Below are positions 1-7,836 of a stretch of 39,663 nucleotides of DNA, in pieces (within the stretch, counting starts at the first letter, position 1; each line of letters starts with the position of its first letter). The stretch is taken from UHGV virus genome UHGV-1361890; one strand, given 5' to 3'. A model generated the notes under the pieces. That model made no database searches. It was not told the origin of the DNA and saw only the letters and a list, made by a program, of their open reading frames with translations. Source of the DNA: a virus. The position numbers and the translations under genes were made by a program.

Positions 1-34
1 TTACACCGTGAAACTAAATAATTTATTTGGATAT

Positions 35-77
35 AGCCTAGAATCCTTAATTTATAAGGGTTCTAGGCTCTTTTTTT
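35..77 (+). terminator. Rho-independent terminator on the presumed host flank, just outside the prophage
   Basis: 12-bp stem AGCCTAGAATCC/GGGTTCTAGGCT with one G.U pair and an 11-nt loop, followed by TTTTTTT at 71-77. It lies upstream of the putative attL core. Confidence 0.5.
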
Positions 78-104
78 GTTGTTAGAAATTTACTGATTTA
101 GTTA

Positions 105-117
105 TTGATGTAGATTT
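105..117. repeat. Putative attL core, 13-bp exact direct repeat TTGATGTAGATTT
   Basis: The exact 13-mer occurs again at 39552-39564 in the same orientation. This copy lies 7 bp downstream of the integrase stop codon. Confidence 0.4.
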
Positions 118-123
118 GCTATT

Positions 124-1305
124 TTAAAAATTTACATAGCTACTTAAAGCATCTGTTGCTTCTTTAGTAACTTCATCAGAAACATGAGTGTAAGTATCCA
201 TAGTTATTTGTAAAGAAGAATGTCCTAAGCGTTCTTGGATTATTTTAGACCTAACATTATCTGATTCGAATAATAATGTTGCGTGGGTATGCCGAAAACC
301 ATGACAACCAATAGAATGTAAGTTAGCTTTTTCTGCCAATCTTTTGGAACGTTGGTAAATGTCTTGACTTCGGAACATAGTACCATCAATTTTTGTAAAA
401 ATGAGTTGTGTTTTAAACCCACCTTTTTTCATTAAAGCCTCACGCTGTCTAAGTTTCCATTTTTTTAAGATATAAGCAGTCTTGTTATCAAAAGAAATTT
501 TACGAATAGAATTGGGAGTTTTAGGATCGTTTATAGTCAATCCATTTGTACTGATAGCAGTAGTTTTATTTATATTAACTACCTGCTTTTTAATATCAAT
601 ATCATTCCAATTCAATGCTAAAGCTTCACCAACACGTATACCAGTAAAAGAAAGTAAGCGAAAAATAGCACAGTCTAAGTCAGCATAGTATTTTAGAACT
701 AAACTTTCTTCTTTGGCTTGATTGGCAATGCTATCAGCTGTATTTAAGAAATGTTCCAGTTCGTCTTTTGTATAGAACTTTCTTTTTGTATTCTTTTCTA
801 CTTTCTTTAGCGAACTAGGCTTAGTTATTTTCTTAAATGGGTTTGAGTCTATTATTTCTAAACCAACAGCATAGTCACAAACACGAGAAGCATAACTCAA
901 AAGTACTTTTCCCATTTCATTCTTTTTATACCATTCATTAACAGATCTTTGCACGATCTTTACTGTTAAACGCTCAAGTCTCATTTTCCCGAATGTGGGT
1001 AAAATGTGCTTTTTCATACGGCGTTCAGTAGCTATGAATGTGGATTCCCTAACTGTTTTTTTGTATTCGTCCAACCACATATAATAAACTTCTTCAAAAG
1101 TGGTTAAACGAGTATGCTCGTTAGCTAGATTTCCATTATCAAAATCTAATTTTTTTTGATTAAGCTTGAGCTGTGCTTCTTTTTTTGTATTACAGTTTCT
1201 GATAGTGACATTAATTTGTTTTCCAGTTAAATAATCTACGCCTAAATAGGCAGTTACTTTCCAGTATTTTTGTCCTTTTTTTGTGTATTGTTTAAAAGTT
1301 GCCAT
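124..1305 (-). CDS. int: Tyrosine-type site-specific integrase
   Basis: 393 aa. The C-terminal catalytic region GCHGFRHTHATLLF...LGHSSLQITMDTYTHV carries the R..H-x-x-R..Y signature. The N-terminal AP2-like/SAM-like arm region is typical of Firmicute phage integrases. Confidence 0.9.
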   Translation of the reverse strand: MATFKQYTKKGQKYWKVTAYLGVDYLTGKQINVTIRNCNTKKEAQLKLNQKKLDFDNGNLANEHTRLTTFEEVYYMWLDEYKKTVRESTFIATERRMKKHILPTFGKMRLERLTVKIVQRSVNEWYKKNEMGKVLLSYASRVCDYAVGLEIIDSNPFKKITKPSSLKKVEKNTKRKFYTKDELEHFLNTADSIANQAKEESLVLKYYADLDCAIFRLLSFTGIRVGEALALNWNDIDIKKQVVNINKTTAISTNGLTINDPKTPNSIRKISFDNKTAYILKKWKLRQREALMKKGGFKTQLIFTKIDGTMFRSQDIYQRSKRLAEKANLHSIGCHGFRHTHATLLFESDNVRSKIIQERLGHSSLQITMDTYTHVSDEVTKEATDALSSYVNF

Positions 1306-1320
1306 TTTTTATCCTTTCCA

Positions 1321-1338
1321 CTTGGGCAAGCGAATAGA
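1321..1338. promoter_or_regulatory. GC-rich near-palindromic motif CTTGGGCAAGCGAATAGA in the int 5' region, copy 1 of 3
   Basis: GGCAAGCGAA is shared with 3558-3571 (same strand) and 39526-39539 (reverse complement). It lies between a -35-like TTGTCA and the int ribosome-binding site on the minus strand. Confidence 0.4.
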
Positions 1339-1383
1339 AGGAATGACAAATTTCTAGCACCTCCTTATTAAATTTTAAAGCCC

Positions 1384-1406
1384 CTAGCATGAATCGAACA
1401 TGCTAG
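1384..1406. promoter_or_regulatory. Perfect 8-bp inverted repeat CTAGCATG-N7-CATGCTAG between int and the upstream membrane-protein gene
   Basis: Read directly from the sequence. On the minus strand it is followed by GGGCUUUAAAAUUU, so it could be a weak terminator or a protein-binding palindrome. Confidence 0.35.
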
Positions 1407-1429
1407 AACTCACCAGAGAGGGGAATCTT

Positions 1430-1948
1430 TTATTTTAGTATTTTGATTTTATTAGTATCCAGCGCTTCAGATCTAGCTACGATTTCATCACCCGCTTTTA
1501 TTTGCATAAAAGGTAATTTATTATCTTTCGTGAAAGGTGATGCGATTGCTTTTAAAACACCGATGTAGTTTTGTCTGTCAGTGGAATCTAAATTTTCCCA
1601 ATCAGTAGATAAATTTAGTTGTACGTAATTAATATTGTTATTAGATTTTGTATCTACTTCCGCACTTAAAATATACGGGTAATCTTCGTTTTTATAGTTA
1701 TTAAGTTCTTCATTTAACTTTTCTTGATTTTGTTTCTGATAGTTTTTTGCTTCAGTAACGGTGGTTTTATCATTTCTGTTATTTTGAGTTTTTTTATTTA
1801 TATTTAATGCACCGGTAACCATTAAAATAAAACTAATAACTAAAAATAATAAAGCTTTTTTCTTAGGCTGTTTTTTGAAAAGCGAAATAATAAACAAAAT
1901 GAGACTAACAAGTATACCTAACAACCCGATTAAAACTAAAAATTCCAT
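1430..1948 (-). CDS. Membrane-anchored protein of the lysogeny module, a candidate superinfection-exclusion factor (function unknown)
   Basis: 172 aa. Two N-terminal hydrophobic helices (MEFLVLIGLLGILVSLILFIISLF and LLFLVISFILMVTGAL) are followed by a soluble domain. It occupies the canonical int/repressor accessory slot. Confidence 0.6.
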   Translation of the reverse strand: MEFLVLIGLLGILVSLILFIISLFKKQPKKKALLFLVISFILMVTGALNINKKTQNNRNDKTTVTEAKNYQKQNQEKLNEELNNYKNEDYPYILSAEVDTKSNNNINYVQLNLSTDWENLDSTDRQNYIGVLKAIASPFTKDNKLPFMQIKAGDEIVARSEALDTNKIKILK

Positions 1949-2035
1949 ATGAAAACCTCTTTCTATTTGATATAATAAATTTGTAAGCTAAATCTCGAAA
2001 TGAGGTTTTAAGTCCGTGTTGTCGCACGGGCTTTT

Positions 2036-2470
2036 TTACTGTGCGTAAGAATAATTCTTTTTGAAGTATGAATGACAAACATCGAAACATTCCGTTCTTA
2101 AATTACTATTGATAGAATAAAAATCCATGAAATTATCTAATTTAAATTGTGATTCATCCGTTAGTTCATTTTCTACAAAAATGTTTAATAGAATTATAAT
2201 TGCTATTTTATTAGCTTCTGTCTCAAACTTTGAATGAAAAGTAATAGAGCTATCATATAACGTTGTATATTCGTAGTGTGAAGCGATAAAATGGCCGAGC
2301 TCATGTGCTAAATGAAAGGCTTCTGCTCTATCCTCATGTAATTTTTCGTTTAAAAAAACGATTCTTGGCTTAGGATAGTAGAATCCAGATTCTTCCATTT
2401 CCATATAAACCAATTTTAAATTATAATCACTTAGCAATTCTTTCAGTTTTAAATACATACCAACTACCAC
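2036..2470 (-). CDS. ImmA/IrrE-family zinc metallopeptidase (anti-repressor protease)
   Basis: HEXXH motif in FHLAHELGHFIASH. About 140 aa, encoded immediately downstream of the XRE repressor, which is the ImmR/ImmA arrangement. Confidence 0.85.
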   Translation of the reverse strand: MVVGMYLKLKELLSDYNLKLVYMEMEESGFYYPKPRIVFLNEKLHEDRAEAFHLAHELGHFIASHYEYTTLYDSSITFHSKFETEANKIAIIILLNIFVENELTDESQFKLDNFMDFYSINSNLRTECFDVCHSYFKKNYSYAQ

Positions 2471-2475
2471 TCCAA

Positions 2476-2796
2476 TTACTCGTTTTCTTCCAAAGCTTTA
2501 GCAATAGCAATTGCTTTACGCATTGTCTCCTTTGAAATTTCTTTTCCATCAAATGAAAATACAGTATCATCTTCTGATAAATCTACTTTTTTTGGAGCTT
2601 CTTTGAGTTCTCTTCCAAGAAGGTAGTCTACAGATACATCAAAGTAGTCAGCTACTTTTCTTAGACCTTCTGAATTTGGAGAAACTTTTTTCCACTTGCT
2701 AAAATATCCATTTGAGTAGCCTAGAGTAATTTCTAATTGTCGAATGGACATCTTCTTCCTTTTTGCTAATTCTTTTATTATTTCATAAGTATTCAT
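2476..2796 (-). CDS. XRE-family HTH transcriptional repressor (CI-like)
   Basis: The N-terminal helix-turn-helix SIRQLEITLGYSNGYFSKWKK is a bare HTH_3-like motif. The gene is divergent from the early genes. Confidence 0.85.
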   Translation of the reverse strand: MNTYEIIKELAKRKKMSIRQLEITLGYSNGYFSKWKKVSPNSEGLRKVADYFDVSVDYLLGRELKEAPKKVDLSEDDTVFSFDGKEISKETMRKAIAIAKALEENE

Positions 2797-2840
2797 TGAT
2801 TTGACAACCTTTCTGAATGCTTACAAAAAAAGTTTAGAAA

Positions 2841-2884
2841 AAAACTCTATTTTAATTGACAAATCAGAGTTTAAGCTCTATACT
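2841..2884 (+). promoter_or_regulatory. Early rightward promoter (TTGACA-16 nt-TATACT) embedded in an operator inverted repeat AAACTCT-N17-AGAGTTT
   Basis: -35 at 2857-2862 and -10 at 2879-2884. The 11-mer AAAACTCTATT at 2841-2851 is repeated exactly at 3014-3024. Confidence 0.45.
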
Positions 2885-3013
2885 GTATTTTGTAAACAAG
2901 TTAATCAACTAAAAAGACAACAAAAAACAATATTGATAAATGAACGCTAACCGCCAAGAAAGCTATAAATCAATGTTTCAATGTCTTATTTAATTACGTT
3001 TTGATTATAGAAT

Positions 3014-3024
3014 AAAACTCTATT
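3014..3024. promoter_or_regulatory. Second copy of the operator-like 11-mer AAAACTCTATT
   Basis: Exact direct repeat of 2841-2851 inside the divergent int-proximal regulatory region. Confidence 0.4.
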
Positions 3025-3090
3025 CGTGTCAACCAAATTTAGAAATTAGTTGATTAATTTGTTTACTAATTCAGAGAAAGGAGAAAAAGC

Positions 3091-3273
3091 ATGGCAAATA
3101 TTCAAGAAACACGTCAAAAAATTTTAGACCATTTTAAATCTAACGATTGGGAAATTCCTGATGTAGCAAGTGCGTTAGGAATTACAGAACAATATCTACG
3201 AAAAATCCTAAACAATCCAGAAAAACATTTAAAGCAAATGACCGATATTATTGCTTATTACAAAATCAGATAG
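3091..3273 (+). CDS. Small HTH DNA-binding protein (Cro-like)
   Basis: 60 aa. Contains the motif VASALGITEQYLRKIL. It is the first gene of the rightward early operon and has a good RBS (AAAGGAG). Confidence 0.6.
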   Translation: MANIQETRQKILDHFKSNDWEIPDVASALGITEQYLRKILNNPEKHLKQMTDIIAYYKIR

Positions 3274-3285
3274 GATGTGTAAAAA

Positions 3286-3555
3286 ATGGAAGTGATTTTA
3301 ACTCCAGAAAATGAAGCTTCTCTAAGGGATTTTGTACATGGAATTATTGTTGATGAAATAGAAAAAGCACGAAGAGATACCTCAATTGATAAGCGAGTTT
3401 TAAATCAAACAGAGATTGCAAAATATTTCAATGTATCCACTACAACAATAAGGGAATGGGAGAAGCTAGGTCTTCCGCATGGATCAGTAAGTAAACAAGG
3501 GAAGTTCTACGACAAAGAAGAGTGTCGCAGATGGCTTCTATCACAAAAAAGATAA
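3286..3555 (+). CDS. Excisionase-like/MerR-type HTH protein
   Basis: 89 aa. The motif TEIAKYFNVSTTTIREWEKLGLP is typical of the phage Xis/AlpA-type HTH_17 family. Confidence 0.5.
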   Translation: MEVILTPENEASLRDFVHGIIVDEIEKARRDTSIDKRVLNQTEIAKYFNVSTTTIREWEKLGLPHGSVSKQGKFYDKEECRRWLLSQKR

Positions 3556-3557
3556 AT

Positions 3558-3571
3558 CTTGGGCAAGCGAA
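3558..3571. promoter_or_regulatory. GC-rich motif CTTGGGCAAGCGAA, copy 2 of 3
   Basis: An exact 14-mer match to 1321-1334. It lies immediately after the xis-like ORF. Confidence 0.4.
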
Positions 3572-3593
3572 ATTTTAAATAAGGAGTGAGAAC

Positions 3594-3800
3594 ATGAAAA
3601 TAACAATCGAATGAACACCAGAAGAGATAGCAAAAATGCTCCAAGCTATTGAGAGTAGCAAGGATCCAAAAAATATTAATGTAAACCCGCAATGTGGCAT
3701 TAATAAAATATCGGAAGAATTAGCTAGGAGAATAACTACTCGTCAAGAGAAAATTGAGAAAATTTTATCAGGAGTGAAACAAAATCAGAATGGGAGATGA
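3594..3800 (+). pseudogene. Small ORF interrupted by an in-frame TGA after codon 6 (MKITIE*TPEEIAKMLQAIESS...)
   Basis: A strong RBS (AAGGAGTG) precedes the ATG at 3594. The reading frame continues past the TGA for another 62 codons to the stop at 3798-3800. Confidence 0.3.
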
Positions 3801-3805
3801 AAAAA

Positions 3806-3961
3806 ATGCAGAAGGAACAGTCATTACAAATTAATGTGGAAGTTAAAGGAATTGAAGAAGCTACAAAAAAAGCAGAAAGATTAATTGGATTAATAAAAGA
3901 AGCCAAAACGTTGGCAGACGAATTGGCTTCAGTTGAATTTGATGTAGACCTTAAAAATTAA
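3806..3961 (+). CDS. Hypothetical small protein (51 aa)
   Basis: ATG with RBS GGGAGA. Predicted coiled-coil. Its 3' end carries TTGATGTAGA (3939-3948), a 10/13 copy of the att core. Confidence 0.35.
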   Translation: MQKEQSLQINVEVKGIEEATKKAERLIGLIKEAKTLADELASVEFDVDLKN

Positions 3962-4139
3962 GTTCTATTTTCTGTCCACAAGTACACTTAGCACCATTTG
4001 ATGTTACTTTGATTGTTTTTCCGCAATTAGGACACTTTATAGGATGGCCACCCTTACTATCCATTGCTTTTTTTGCAAGTGTAGCAGGATCATTTAATTT
4101 TTTTCTTAAGTTATCCATACCATTTATCTTAATACCCAT
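3951..4139 (-). CDS. Zinc-ribbon protein (CPNCG...CTCG) encoded antisense to the early operon
   Basis: An RBS (GGTGGTGA) lies 7 nt before the ATG at 4139. A minus-strand extended -10 (TGGTATAAT, plus coordinates 4195-4203) lies upstream. Two CxxC pairs are present. Confidence 0.5.
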   Translation of the reverse strand: MGIKINGMDNLRKKLNDPATLAKKAMDSKGGHPIKCPNCGKTIKVTSNGAKCTCGQKIELNF

Positions 4140-4194
4140 AATATTTTCACCACCAATCATAAATTATTTCAGCAGACCACTTGCTGATAAGAAA

Positions 4195-4203
4195 ATTATA
4201 CCA
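4195..4203 (-). promoter_or_regulatory. Extended -10 element TGGTATAAT (minus strand) driving the zinc-ribbon gene
   Basis: The reverse complement of plus 4195-4203 is TGGTATAAT. This promoter is divergent from the Rha gene. Confidence 0.4.
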
Positions 4204-4220
4204 GAAAGGAAATAAAGCGA

Positions 4221-4931
4221 ATGAATAATTTAGTAATTATGAAAGACCAAGAAGCAGTAACAAGTAGTTTACAAGTTGCAGAAACTTTCGGAAAAGAACA
4301 CAAAGTTGTTCTAAAAGCCATTGATGAATTAAAAGAGGGGGTGGCACAGAATTATGCCGACCTATTTTACGAAGATACCTACATTCATCCACAAAACAAA
4401 CAATCTTATCGCCAAGTAATTATGAACCGTGACGGATTCACACTACTAGCAATGGGATTCACAGGTCAAAAAGCTTTGCAATTCAAACTGAAATATATTG
4501 AAGCTTTTAATCAAATGGAAAAAGAAATTCAGCAGCCTAAACTACCAACCTCCCAAAGAGAATTAGCGATGCTTGCTTTATCAGCGAATGAAGAAACAAA
4601 TGAGCGTGTAGATGTAATTGAAAAAGAAGTAGCCGACTTAAAAGACAATCAAAAAATCGGTGCAGATGATTATGGCTACTTATCACGTCGAGTTCATCAA
4701 CGAGTAGCAGAAGTTGCAAGAGGATTTGGAAAAATCACAAAGGAACAGCGTGGCAAGCTTTACAAAGATATTAATTCAGGTATTAAGCAAATCACAGGTG
4801 TGGGTACCCGATCACAATTAAGAGAAAAACATTATCCAATGGTAATTGAGTATATCAATGACTGGGAGCCGTCTACAGCCACAAAAACAGTTGTAAGACA
4901 AATGAGCTTTGACTTAAACGACATAGCGTAG
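4221..4931 (+). CDS. Rha-family phage regulatory protein/antirepressor (Phage_pRha N-terminus, ORF6C-like C-terminus)
   Basis: The N-terminus VTSSLQVAETFGKEHKVVLKAIDEL matches the Rha family. 236 aa. Confidence 0.75.
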   Translation: MNNLVIMKDQEAVTSSLQVAETFGKEHKVVLKAIDELKEGVAQNYADLFYEDTYIHPQNKQSYRQVIMNRDGFTLLAMGFTGQKALQFKLKYIEAFNQMEKEIQQPKLPTSQRELAMLALSANEETNERVDVIEKEVADLKDNQKIGADDYGYLSRRVHQRVAEVARGFGKITKEQRGKLYKDINSGIKQITGVGTRSQLREKHYPMVIEYINDWEPSTATKTVVRQMSFDLNDIA

Positions 4932-4941
4932 GGAGAATATT

Positions 4942-5127
4942 ATGGCTTATACAACTGAACAAGAAAGCTGGATACTCAACCAAATCAAAAAAGAGCGTAA
5001 ACAGCTACAAGATGATAGAGCAGCGCTTAGACAATCAGAACAACTGACCGAAGGAAAAGCATATCAAATTGAAAAAGAACTCGAATTTTTAAGATACTTA
5101 GAGATTCAAAATAGAATGCATATTTAA
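4942..5127 (+). CDS. Hypothetical protein
   Basis: 61-aa ORF, predicted coiled-coil, with an RBS. Confidence 0.4.
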   Translation: MAYTTEQESWILNQIKKERKQLQDDRAALRQSEQLTEGKAYQIEKELEFLRYLEIQNRMHI

Positions 5128-5138
5128 GGAGAAATGAA

Positions 5139-5312
5139 ATGAGAAAAATTTATAACTTAAGAAGAATTGCAGTGTTGCTAATCGTTTTCGGATTGGGGTT
5201 GATAGTAGGCGGAAATTTTAATCCGATTATCCAAAATATTTATATCGGCTTATTCATCATTTGGACACTGTTTTATGATCTAGCACTTGAAGATAGAGAG
5301 GTTAAGAAATGA
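5139..5312 (+). CDS. Small membrane protein (57 aa)
   Basis: RBS AAGGAG 7 nt upstream. Two hydrophobic segments. Not in the ORF track because it is under 60 aa. Confidence 0.35.
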   Translation: MRKIYNLRRIAVLLIVFGLGLIVGGNFNPIIQNIYIGLFIIWTLFYDLALEDREVKK

Positions 5313-5512
5313 CAAGAAAAGACAAATTAGAACAAACAAAAAAACTTGCTGATTTATGGTACAAGCAACAAAAAAATAAAATATACATTGCGCAACAAAA
5401 AGAGCGCAGAGGTGTCGCATGACGACAAAAAAGCGACTTAAGCCGGCAAGCAATAAGTCGCATACAAAAATTATACAAGAAAAATTATATCACAGAAATG
5501 AGGTCTTGTTAA

Positions 5513-6256
5513 ATGGCTGAACAACTAAATGTTTATCAAAGATTAGCAGAAGTAAGAAAAAAAGTATCTTATTTAAAAAAAGAACAATCAGGAAGTCAAT
5601 TTAATTATGTTGGGTCAAGTGATGTCCTAGGAGCTTTACATTCAAAAATTAATGAAATGGGATTGTTATTACAGCCAGCAATTACAGGCCATAAAGTTAA
5701 GGACCAGATAGAGATTATAAATCAATACAATAAGTACACGAAACAGACGGAACAGAAACAAAGAATAACATATTTTACTGAACTTGAGATGACTATGCGC
5801 TGGATTAATATTGATAATCCAGAAGATTTTTTGGAATCAAAGTGGTATGCACAAGGTGTTGATATTGCTGGTGAGAAGGGTGTAGGTAAAGCATTAACTT
5901 ATGCAGAAAAATATTTTTTATTGAAATTTTTTAATATTGCAACAGATAAAGATGATCCTGATTCATTTCAAAAGAAGCTTGATGCTAAAGAACCAATAAA
6001 TTTGGTTAATGGTAAACAAATATCAGAGATGAACGATTTAATAAGAAAAGTAGCGAAACTAAGCTCAAGCGATATGCAAGTTGTTAGAAATGGATTGTTG
6101 CAACATGTTGGTGCAAAAACATTAGACAGTATGACAGATAAACAGTATCCAGAAGCAATGAGACAGTTAAATAAGTGGAAAAGTAACTATGAAATAGAGA
6201 TCAATAAAAACAATACAAATGATCAAGTAAAAAATATTAACTGGGGGCAAAGGTAA
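5513..6256 (+). CDS. ERF-family single-strand annealing protein (recombinase)
   Basis: The N-terminus VYQRLAEVRKK...FNYVGSSDVLGAL and the motif GVDIAGEKGVGKALTYAEKY parallel P22 Erf conserved blocks. Confidence 0.65.
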   Translation: MAEQLNVYQRLAEVRKKVSYLKKEQSGSQFNYVGSSDVLGALHSKINEMGLLLQPAITGHKVKDQIEIINQYNKYTKQTEQKQRITYFTELEMTMRWINIDNPEDFLESKWYAQGVDIAGEKGVGKALTYAEKYFLLKFFNIATDKDDPDSFQKKLDAKEPINLVNGKQISEMNDLIRKVAKLSSSDMQVVRNGLLQHVGAKTLDSMTDKQYPEAMRQLNKWKSNYEIEINKNNTNDQVKNINWGQR

Positions 6257-7194
6257 TGACAAATGAATTAACAACAAATGTGCAGTTTAAAGTAGATTTT
6301 AAAGCCAGTGAAATAACAATTCAGAACGAATCGCAACTAAAAGAAATGGTTGATAAAGCAGTAAATCATTACTCAAGTATGATTTATACAGATGCGAATA
6401 TTCCAGAAGCCAAGCAAGCAAAAGCGGATTTAAATAAAGTGGCGACACTTTTAGATAATGAGCGCAAAGCAATAAAAAACGAGTATAACAAACCTTTGAA
6501 ATCGTTTGAAGACAAAATTAAAACTTATGTTGGACAAATTAAGTTAGTAAGTGATGGCATCAACGAAAGTATCCAATTATATGAAGAAACAGAACGTTCT
6601 AAGAGGCTTGAAAAAATCAAAGATACTATTAAAGAAATGTCAGAAAACTATAGTGTTGAGTTAGAAGAAGTAGGTATTAGAAATAACTGGTTAAATAAGA
6701 GTTCTTTTACTGCAAAAGGAGAAATAAATAAAAAAACTTTAGAAGAAATTGCTGCCGATATGACAATGATTTTTAAAGAAAAAGAGCGAGTTATAGGAGA
6801 AAAAGCGATTATAGAAAATTATGTAAAGGCACTAGGATTAGAGCCTTACTCGTGGTTAAGCCAAATTGATAACGGAAAAACAGCTGCAGAATTGATGATT
6901 GAGATTGATGCTGCACTAGCAAAGAAAAAAGCCGCTGAAGAAAGGGCTATAGAACAACAGAAAGCACATGAAGAATATGAAGCAGCAATGCGAGAATTAA
7001 ATGAAACAGTCGTAGAAGATAAAGTAATTGACAAAAATACAGGAGAAATAGTCAGTGAACTATCACCAAAAGCGGAAGTAAAAGATACAAATAAAAATAC
7101 AGTAACATTACGACTTTCAGGTTCGCACAGTCAATTGACAGCACTTAATGAGTTTATAGTTGATAGTGGCATTATGGTGGAAGTGATTGAGTGA
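6256..7194 (+). CDS. DUF1351-like phage protein (recombination-associated)
   Basis: 312 aa, coiled-coil rich. Sits in the conserved position downstream of the SSAP in Firmicute phages. Confidence 0.4.
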   Translation: MTNELTTNVQFKVDFKASEITIQNESQLKEMVDKAVNHYSSMIYTDANIPEAKQAKADLNKVATLLDNERKAIKNEYNKPLKSFEDKIKTYVGQIKLVSDGINESIQLYEETERSKRLEKIKDTIKEMSENYSVELEEVGIRNNWLNKSSFTAKGEINKKTLEEIAADMTMIFKEKERVIGEKAIIENYVKALGLEPYSWLSQIDNGKTAAELMIEIDAALAKKKAAEERAIEQQKAHEEYEAAMRELNETVVEDKVIDKNTGEIVSELSPKAEVKDTNKNTVTLRLSGSHSQLTALNEFIVDSGIMVEVIE

Positions 7195-7832
7195 TTGGAA
7201 AAATAATAAACCACATAGGAAATAAATTGGTCATCGAATTTGAGGATGAAATAAATTCAAATTTTCTCGAACTTCTGGCTAATAACGATGATAATTTAGC
7301 GAAAGTTGAATTCTTAGATAATCGACAGATGTCTCAAAAACAGAATGCACTTTCTCACGTTCTAATAGCCGATGTGGCACGTTGGAGCTATGACGAACCT
7401 AAATGGATTGAAAGTGTCTTGAAATACTACTACGAGGCTAAGAGTGGTGTTTATTTTGAACATAGTAGAGCTACCAAGAATGAAGCGACTGAGTGGATCG
7501 GTTTCTTGATTGAGTTTATTTTGAAAAACGATATACCACTGGAAAAAAGATACCAATACTTGCTTGAAAACAACAAATGGTTTTATTACTGTCTGAAATA
7601 TCGTAAGTGCTGTATTTGCGGTAAGCATGCTGACGTTTGCCATATTGAAGTTGTTGGTATGGGACGTAATCGTAAAAAGATTAATCATGAGACATTCACA
7701 TTTTATGCAGGATGTCGTCAGCACCATCAAGAGGAGCACCAAATAGGTACTAAGAACTTTTTGAATAAGTATCAAATTAAACCAGTCAAATTAAACATCG
7801 AAGAACGTAAAAAGTTAAACATAGGAGGATAG
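7191..7832 (+). CDS. Phage zinc-binding protein with a CxxC...C...H...HH cluster, possibly nuclease-related
   Basis: Contains CCICGKHADVCHIEVVGMG...CRQHHQEEH. GTG start with an RBS. Confidence 0.4.
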   Translation: MIGKIINHIGNKLVIEFEDEINSNFLELLANNDDNLAKVEFLDNRQMSQKQNALSHVLIADVARWSYDEPKWIESVLKYYYEAKSGVYFEHSRATKNEATEWIGFLIEFILKNDIPLEKRYQYLLENNKWFYYCLKYRKCCICGKHADVCHIEVVGMGRNRKKINHETFTFYAGCRQHHQEEHQIGTKNFLNKYQIKPVKLNIEERKKLNIGG

Positions 7833-7836
7833 AACG

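Noticed and set aside
1-123. Expectation of a tRNA 3' end (tRNA-type attL) downstream of int
   Set aside because: No segment of the left flank matches the 3' half of either tRNA. The 13-bp TTGATGTAGATTT repeat is a better att candidate.
240-688. Short ORFs (240-422 minus, 482-688 plus) inside the integrase gene
   Set aside because: They lie wholly inside a confidently called integrase CDS and have no independent signals.
4009-4215. 68-aa plus-strand ORF overlapping the zinc-ribbon gene
   Set aside because: It has no RBS and a hydrophobic low-complexity translation. The opposite strand has an RBS, a promoter and a CxxC...CxC zinc-ribbon signature, so this is treated as an antisense shadow ORF.
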